A DNA stretch of 12,100 nucleotides, taken from assembly GCA_030614005.1 (NCBI GenBank), contig JAUWKS010000086.1, forward strand, positions 1-12,100, read 5' to 3'. A program made the position numbers and the translations under genes. This DNA comes from Candidatus Heimdallarchaeota archaeon (GTDB taxonomy: Archaea; Asgardarchaeota; Heimdallarchaeia; JABLTI01). Positions within the stretch are counted from its first letter, which is position 1. Every line of letters begins with the position of its first letter. The notes beneath the pieces were generated by a model. It saw nothing but the letters and a program-made list of their open reading frames with translations, had not been told where the DNA came from and searched no databases. Positions 6,122-12,100 of this stretch are shown in pieces.

Positions 6122-9013
6122 TTGGAGAACATGTATTTAAATTTCAAGATATTGTCTCGCACTTATTTTAAGTGTAGGAAAAAATCCTTGCTTGTTTCGA
6201 ATATTATGGGAATATTAATTGTCTTTCTTGTTATCTCTTCATTGATGGTATGGTTTGCTTATAGAGAAAACTATTACTCAAATTACATAGCTAATCACAA
6301 TTGGTATAGTGATGCAAAATGGTCTGTAGCAGGTAGTAGAGCATTAAATTTTACATCTGGTATTCAGAATGATTACTTTGATAATTTATTTACTGAACTT
6401 GGATTTTTTTTCGAAAATAATACTGATGGGTTGATTGTATCTCATACAGATCTTATTTCTTGTGTCATGACTGATTCTAATCCTTATGATCATAATCCTT
6501 CCAAAACCTTTGCTTTTCATACTATTAGAGCAAATGCAGAGGAAATCTATAAAAATAGTTTAATCAAGGGCATTATTCCTTCGAATTTTTCAGAGCTGCT
6601 TCTTCTCCAAGTAGAAGGAAGTACTCAGAATTATGATTTAAATGAGACTCTTTCCATAAGACCAGATACCTTATTACTTCCTACTGAATTTCATAATTAC
6701 ACAATTTCAGGTATTTTGGACAATGTTGGTCCTACTCTTGAAATGCTTGGTTATTCTAGTGATATTGTGACTAATGATTTCTTTAATGTCTCCTATTTTC
6801 ATGAATTATGGGGCAGTAAATCTTATAGTGCCCACTTCTTCACTACTCCTGAGAATTTCATTAAGATAATAAATAACTACTCATTTTTTAATTCGCTCTT
6901 CTATGTTATTATGGATTGTTCCTATAATACCTCTTTGTTAGAATATTCAGAACTCAATAACAATTTCAATCGATATTTGAAATATTCAAAAACTGCGACT
7001 GCAATTTCAGCTAACACTAATCTTACTTTTTATATTGGCGAGGATATCTATTCAGTGCTAAATGACTATCAATTAGATTGGAAGTTTGAAACAATTAAGG
7101 TCTTTGCTTTGACAATTTTACTTGTTTTTCTTATCCTCTTAATGTTTATTGAAATATTACATTTTAAAGAAAAGGAATTGGAGACGATTTTTGAACTGCT
7201 AAAAATCTCTGGATTGGACGATAAAACTCTGAATAAAGTAATTTTATTGGACTCATTTATCGTTTCAACGATTAGTTTCATTGGAGGAACGATTGTCGGA
7301 ATCTTGTTTGGAGTACTATTTACTAGATTTTTAAATTTCCCTCATGGTTTCATCCATTCCTTTACATTTTTAGTTGATCCCTTATATTTACTCCTTTCAA
7401 TTGTTACTTTTGGTGGGTTTTTCTTGTTGAATTATTTATTCAAGAGAAACCTTTTGAAGAAAAAAGAAATAATAGTAGCTCAAAAATCTTTGAAAAAAAG
7501 GAATAACGTTATTAGAAAAATATTCACCAAAATCGAATTTGCTCTTGCTATACTGGGTGTGTTGTTATTTATTTCAGGATTATTTGGAGTGTATTTTACT
7601 AGTTCTACTCTCCTTTGGAATTCTACTCCTAATTCATCCATTACTTATCTCCTTTACCTTTTCACATTATTCCTCTTTATTGGTGCTTGCTTTTTATTAT
7701 TCATTTGTTTCATTGTTTGTTCAAAAGTACACTTCAGAGTTTTAAATTATTTAAGTAAGAAACTATGGCAAAGACGGAAAAATGCTTTTACCCATGCACT
7801 GAAAAATGTTGTTTTATTTTCTAAAACATATCAACGATTACTAGTGGGACTATTTTTAATTGGAATTAGTATCATACCAGGGTTCCTATTACCTTCATTA
7901 ATTACTCGGCAAAATGAAGAAACAGCAATTCTCGCATTAGGTTGTTCAGACTTAGCAATTAATAGCTGGAATGACAACCAAACATTGCGGACTATTATTG
8001 AAAGTATCGAAGGTGTGCAAGCAACAACAAGCATTAAGCAACTGGAGTTATTTCACAGAGATCGAACAAGTTCTTTTGGATATCAAAATTTTAATCTTAG
8101 ATTGTTAGTTATTAATGCTTCTGAATTTGCAGACACAATTGATTTGAGTAGACTCTCTACAAATAATGATTATTGTACAGAAGATATTAAATCTCTCGAA
8201 GGGGTTCTAACTTTTTTTATAGATTCCTCAAGTGCTAGAAAATTTAACCTACAAAAAGAGAATGTTATAGCAGCAAATGAATTATTCCTTACAGATGAAA
8301 ATTTAGAATTGACCTCTATTGCTGATTTCAAGACTTTTCCCGTTTCGGAGAAATTTGATGATGTTTTACTGGAAGAATTATTTGATATTACTGCAATAAG
8401 AATTAGTCTTGTTCTTGGTCTCTCTTCTTATTCGTTTTTAGTAGATTCAATTACCAATTCCGATATAATTTCATTTAAACAACGCTTACTAATTCGAACA
8501 GATTCCACTGCTGATCTTGCAACAATTAAGGAAGAACTACAAGTAAATCTTGGCTATGACGTTTCTTCACTAGAAGATACTATAAACGATTTGAACGATG
8601 ATGTCTCTAAATTTTCTCTGATACAAGTTCAACTTTTTGCTATTCTAAGCCTTGTAGGAATCATTTGTTTTATAATTTTAACCAGCAATGCAGTTTACAA
8701 AGAACAGATAAAAATCGTAGAGATAAATTATCGTCTTGGCATTTCTCGAAGAGAAATTTTGAATAACTTTTTAATAGAATTATTAATTGCCTGTACAATA
8801 CCTTTGCTGATATCAATTCTTACTAGCATCCCCCTATTACTTTTAGATGCATTGCTTTTAGGTGTAAATCAACAATATCAATCGTTTAATTATTGGGTTC
8901 CTTTTTGGATCCTTTGTATTGCTTTCTTTATTGGTATTATTATAATCAGTAGTTCTTGGATTATTGGTATTTACATGCAGCTGAAACGCTACAAAGTTGT
9001 GAAACACGAGTGA
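6122..9013 (+). CDS. FtsX/MacB-like ABC transporter permease (about 10 TM, two large extracellular domains); alternative start ATG 6131
   Basis: TM1 - large soluble domain - TM2-7 - second soluble domain - TM8-10. FtsX-type coupling segments LLKISGLDDKTLNKVILLDS and INYRLGISRREILNNFLIE. An ABC ATPase lies downstream. Confidence 0.85.
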   Translation: MENMYLNFKILSRTYFKCRKKSLLVSNIMGILIVFLVISSLMVWFAYRENYYSNYIANHNWYSDAKWSVAGSRALNFTSGIQNDYFDNLFTELGFFFENNTDGLIVSHTDLISCVMTDSNPYDHNPSKTFAFHTIRANAEEIYKNSLIKGIIPSNFSELLLLQVEGSTQNYDLNETLSIRPDTLLLPTEFHNYTISGILDNVGPTLEMLGYSSDIVTNDFFNVSYFHELWGSKSYSAHFFTTPENFIKIINNYSFFNSLFYVIMDCSYNTSLLEYSELNNNFNRYLKYSKTATAISANTNLTFYIGEDIYSVLNDYQLDWKFETIKVFALTILLVFLILLMFIEILHFKEKELETIFELLKISGLDDKTLNKVILLDSFIVSTISFIGGTIVGILFGVLFTRFLNFPHGFIHSFTFLVDPLYLLLSIVTFGGFFLLNYLFKRNLLKKKEIIVAQKSLKKRNNVIRKIFTKIEFALAILGVLLFISGLFGVYFTSSTLLWNSTPNSSITYLLYLFTLFLFIGACFLLFICFIVCSKVHFRVLNYLSKKLWQRRKNAFTHALKNVVLFSKTYQRLLVGLFLIGISIIPGFLLPSLITRQNEETAILALGCSDLAINSWNDNQTLRTIIESIEGVQATTSIKQLELFHRDRTSSFGYQNFNLRLLVINASEFADTIDLSRLSTNNDYCTEDIKSLEGVLTFFIDSSSARKFNLQKENVIAANELFLTDENLELTSIADFKTFPVSEKFDDVLLEELFDITAIRISLVLGLSSYSFLVDSITNSDIISFKQRLLIRTDSTADLATIKEELQVNLGYDVSSLEDTINDLNDDVSKFSLIQVQLFAILSLVGIICFIILTSNAVYKEQIKIVEINYRLGISRREILNNFLIELLIACTIPLLISILTSIPLLLLDALLLGVNQQYQSFNYWVPFWILCIAFFIGIIIISSSWIIGIYMQLKRYKVVKHE

Positions 9014-9050
9014 AAAGAAACCTCTTCGAAAAATTACCGGTGGAAAAATA

Positions 9051-11924
9051 ATGAGTGATAACACAACAAAAAAACAATGTTCTTCCTTTACTACTCTAAT
9101 GAAAACCTATTTGAAATCAAATAGAAAAAGGATTAGGTTTTCTATATTAATTACTATACTACTCTTCATTTTTGCTAGTACTTTACTACTAACGTGGTTT
9201 AGTTATCAAAATATCTCATTTCAAAGACATTCGACAGAAATTAATTGGTTTTCTGATCAAAAGGTCTCCTCTTTCACAAAATATACTAAAGTAATATCAA
9301 AAGATATCTCAGCTGATTATTTGGACTCTGCTCTTTTAGATGTCCAGGAGCTTTATGAAAGTGAATTTCCGGATATTGTCTCAGAGATTTCAGGAACAAT
9401 TGAAGTATTATTTAAAGGACCTGATCCTCTTTATGGTGATGTGGTTGAATATACGATCAAAACATTTGATAGTAAGACAATGAGTGTTCTTACTTCAGAG
9501 ATTATTAGTGGAAATTTACCTCAAAATTACTCAGAACTACTTTTATTTTATTCTGATTTTATCTATCAAGATTATTTTGATATTAATGATACTGTACAAT
9601 TGAGACCTGATCTTCCAGGTATTGATTTCAAAAATTTTTCTATATCAGGAGTTTTTACTGATTTAGAAGAGACTTTGGAATTGTATAATTATTCACCTGA
9701 TTTGGTGATAGATTCTTATAAGAATGAGCGATTTGGTTATTATACACCTTCTAGAAATATTCAAACTTTCATCACTACACCAGATTATTTATTTGAATTA
9801 TTGAATAATTTCACTCAGTATAGTGGTACAATAGTTGCTGTTTTTGATATACAATTTAACGAAACGGCTATTAATTATTCTAATGTTAAAAAATACAAAG
9901 AAGTATTATCAGAATGGATGGAGGGGATTGAATTACCATTTGATGATCAAGTATCTATTAAAATTGGGGCTGATTTATTAGATGTTTTCGATGAATTTCA
10001 ACAAACTTGGGTAATTGAAACTATTAAATTAAGTATGACTGCTATTATCATTTATTTCCTTTTTATCTTAGTAATATATGAGACTATTGGTTATAACAAA
10101 ACGGAATTACATCATACTTTTAGATTGATGAAAATACAAGGATTAGACGACAAAAAAATAACAAAGATGGTTCTCATTGAATCACTAATTAATACTGTTA
10201 TCAGCTTTTTAATTGGTTTAATTTTCAGTATCGGTATTGGTTATGCATTATTGGTTTTTGTAAAGTGGAAAATTAGTTTTAGTTTCTTTGTTAGTGCAAT
10301 TATAACTCCTCAATTCTTAATAATTATATCAATTTTATTTTGTTTAATATTTTTTATTGGCTTTTGTTTGAAAATGAATTACTTGAATAAATCAAAAGTA
10401 GATATATACGAACACATGAAAGAGAAAGAAAGGAAAGGGATAAGAAAAATACTTTCATTATCTGAATTGCTAGTCTTCATAGTAGGTGCTCTAATTCTTT
10501 CAGGAAGTATACCTGGAATAATCGTCTTTTCAAATTCAGGTGGTGCAAATTCTGAATTGCTCCAAAATATGCCTATTTTGAATACTGCATTATTGGCTTT
10601 TCTTATTCTTGGTTCGTTTTTCATCTTAATTCCATTAATTTCCATTTTCTCTAGATTAATAGCCTATGGTTGGACTTTACTAGGGAAATTTCTTTGGAGG
10701 AAAAATAAAGGAATTTTTAGTTTGTCTCTTAAAAATATCGCACAGAGTTATCATACTTATCATAAGGTTATTGTGATTTCCATTCTCATTGGTTTTAGTT
10801 TGTTACCAGGACTCATTATTTATCCATCGATAAATAATCATCTGGAAACTAATAGCTATTTAGCAAGTAGTTATTCGGATTTAGTTATTTTCTCATGGAA
10901 TGCTGATAAGTCAATAGAGCAGTCAATAAACAGTCTTTCTGGTATTAATCAAACTACTACTACAACTCAGTGGAAATTTAATTCTATAGGACTTAAAAAT
11001 ATCATATCTGAAGTTGACATTCTCGCTATAAATGCAACTGAATTTGCTAGTGTTATAAATAAGGATAAGATTGAAAGTTTGAATCATCAATGCTTTAATT
11101 TTAATTTACTAGCAAATAATATGACTTGTTTTATCAACACACAATTTGCAAATGCTTTTGGTTACAATCAAGCAAATGAAATTAGTGTTCAAGATTTTTG
11201 GAATTCAGAATATGAATTTCAATTATCACCTAATGCTGACTTTAAACACTTCCCTCTAATACCTAATTATAGCCAATATCTGGGAGAAAAACTCTTTGAT
11301 GATACTTTGCATATCCAACTGGTTCTTGATCTTGTCACCTTTGAACAATTAACTGAATTTGCATATAGCACTACAACGCTATCTTCAGAACAACAATTAT
11401 TAATCAAACTTAGTGATGGTGCTAATATAACTGAAATCCAGACTCAAATATTCAGTGATTTTAATATAATCGCAAAATCATTCGAAGATATTCAAAATTC
11501 TTTCTACAACAATATTGTAGATATTAACCTCAATCTTATTGTCCTTTCTTCTATTGTTTCGATTTTTGTTTTGATTCTCATTGGTTATATTACAGGTCAA
11601 GAAATTTACCAACAGAGATTGAGGAATATTGAAGCTGATTATAGATTAGGTGCAACAAAACGACAATTACTCTTTGAGTATTCTTTGGAAATATCACTAA
11701 TAGCCTTAGTACCATTAATTTTTTCCTTGGTAATTGGTATATTTACAAGTCAATATTATCACTTATTTTTGAATATTGATATTAGCTATTTGAATTTCAA
11801 ACTATGGATCCCATGGTGGTTAGTTATTCTTATTTTCATCCTAAGTTACATTTCCATTTTTTCGGGGTGGTATACTAACATCTATACAAATATTCGAAAG
11901 TATAAACCAACAAAACAGGAGTAA
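9051..11924 (+). CDS. FtsX/MacB-like ABC transporter permease, paralog of 6122-9013
   Basis: Same architecture; [20 protein letters not shown] and [19 protein letters not shown]; GGTGG RBS-like motif at 9039-9043; colinear motif matches to the upstream permease. Confidence 0.85.
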   Translation: MSDNTTKKQCSSFTTLMKTYLKSNRKRIRFSILITILLFIFASTLLLTWFSYQNISFQRHSTEINWFSDQKVSSFTKYTKVISKDISADYLDSALLDVQELYESEFPDIVSEISGTIEVLFKGPDPLYGDVVEYTIKTFDSKTMSVLTSEIISGNLPQNYSELLLFYSDFIYQDYFDINDTVQLRPDLPGIDFKNFSISGVFTDLEETLELYNYSPDLVIDSYKNERFGYYTPSRNIQTFITTPDYLFELLNNFTQYSGTIVAVFDIQFNETAINYSNVKKYKEVLSEWMEGIELPFDDQVSIKIGADLLDVFDEFQQTWVIETIKLSMTAIIIYFLFILVIYETIGYNKTELHHTFRLMKIQGLDDKKITKMVLIESLINTVISFLIGLIFSIGIGYALLVFVKWKISFSFFVSAIITPQFLIIISILFCLIFFIGFCLKMNYLNKSKVDIYEHMKEKERKGIRKILSLSELLVFIVGALILSGSIPGIIVFSNSGGANSELLQNMPILNTALLAFLILGSFFILIPLISIFSRLIAYGWTLLGKFLWRKNKGIFSLSLKNIAQSYHTYHKVIVISILIGFSLLPGLIIYPSINNHLETNSYLASSYSDLVIFSWNADKSIEQSINSLSGINQTTTTTQWKFNSIGLKNIISEVDILAINATEFASVINKDKIESLNHQCFNFNLLANNMTCFINTQFANAFGYNQANEISVQDFWNSEYEFQLSPNADFKHFPLIPNYSQYLGEKLFDDTLHIQLVLDLVTFEQLTEFAYSTTTLSSEQQLLIKLSDGANITEIQTQIFSDFNIIAKSFEDIQNSFYNNIVDINLNLIVLSSIVSIFVLILIGYITGQEIYQQRLRNIEADYRLGATKRQLLFEYSLEISLIALVPLIFSLVIGIFTSQYYHLFLNIDISYLNFKLWIPWWLVILIFILSYISIFSGWYTNIYTNIRKYKPTKQE

Positions 11925-11932
11925 AGAAAAAA

Positions 11933-12100
11933 ATGATAATTGAATGTAAAGATGTAATAAAAATCTACAAAGATCCAAAAAGCAACACAACTATCTCTGC
12001 TTTGAGAGGTTGTGATTTACTTGTAAGAAAAGGTGAATTAATATCAATTATTGGACCTAGTGGTTCAGGAAAAACAACTCTAGTAAAAATTTTAGCTGGA
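11933..12100 (+). CDS. ABC transporter ATP-binding protein (LolD/MacB-type), 3'-truncated by the window edge
   Basis: Manual translation from ATG 11933: [56 protein letters not shown], with Walker A GPSGSGKT and an ALRG.DL.V..GE...I.G N-terminus. Not in the supplied ORF track. Confidence 0.9.
   Translation, partial: MIIECKDVIKIYKDPKSNTTISALRGCDLLVRKGELISIIGPSGSGKTTLVKILAG

Noticed and set aside
7069-7281. Antisense 70-aa ORF
   Set aside because: Lies wholly opposite permease 1 and has no recognisable motif.
7539-7745. 68-aa alternate-frame ORF
   Set aside because: Hydrophobic shadow of T-rich TM-coding sequence.
7831-8034. Antisense 67-aa ORF
   Set aside because: Nested in permease 1 with no supporting features.
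8858-9064. Antisense 68-aa ORF spanning the permease junction
   Set aside because: Overlaps two well-supported genes; no motif.
10379-10645. Antisense 88-aa ORF
   Set aside because: Shadow of permease 2 TM-coding region.
3716-11924. Visible GC contrast between the SBBP gene and the permeases as evidence of horizontal transfer
   Set aside because: Largely explained by amino-acid composition (Gly/Ala/Asp-rich versus Ile/Phe/Asn-rich); GC3 was not computed.

Overview
AT-rich, all plus-strand window with an archaeal look: GGTG/GGAGG RBS-like motifs, TTG starts, oligo-T terminators and sequon-rich extracellular domains. Asgard/Heimdallarchaeia-like origin is an inference from gene style only. 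Four blocks: (1) an overlapping three-gene unit with an unrecognised 5'-truncated protein, an MrfA/Hrq1-type DEAH helicase with a DUF1998 Zn motif, and a divergent YbbF/LpxH-like metallophosphoesterase, a candidate DNA-repair or defence module; (2) a membrane-anchored protein with seven 63-aa SBBP beta-propeller repeats; (3) a relic in which a pyruvate phosphate dikinase (ppdK) fragment with a nonsense codon is fused in frame, at a shared Gly-Ile, to the 3' end of an IS481-like transposase with its probable right terminus; (4) two tandem paralogous ~960-aa FtsX/MacB-like permeases followed by the start of an ABC ATPase missing from the ORF track. No rRNA, tRNA or CRISPR array seen.
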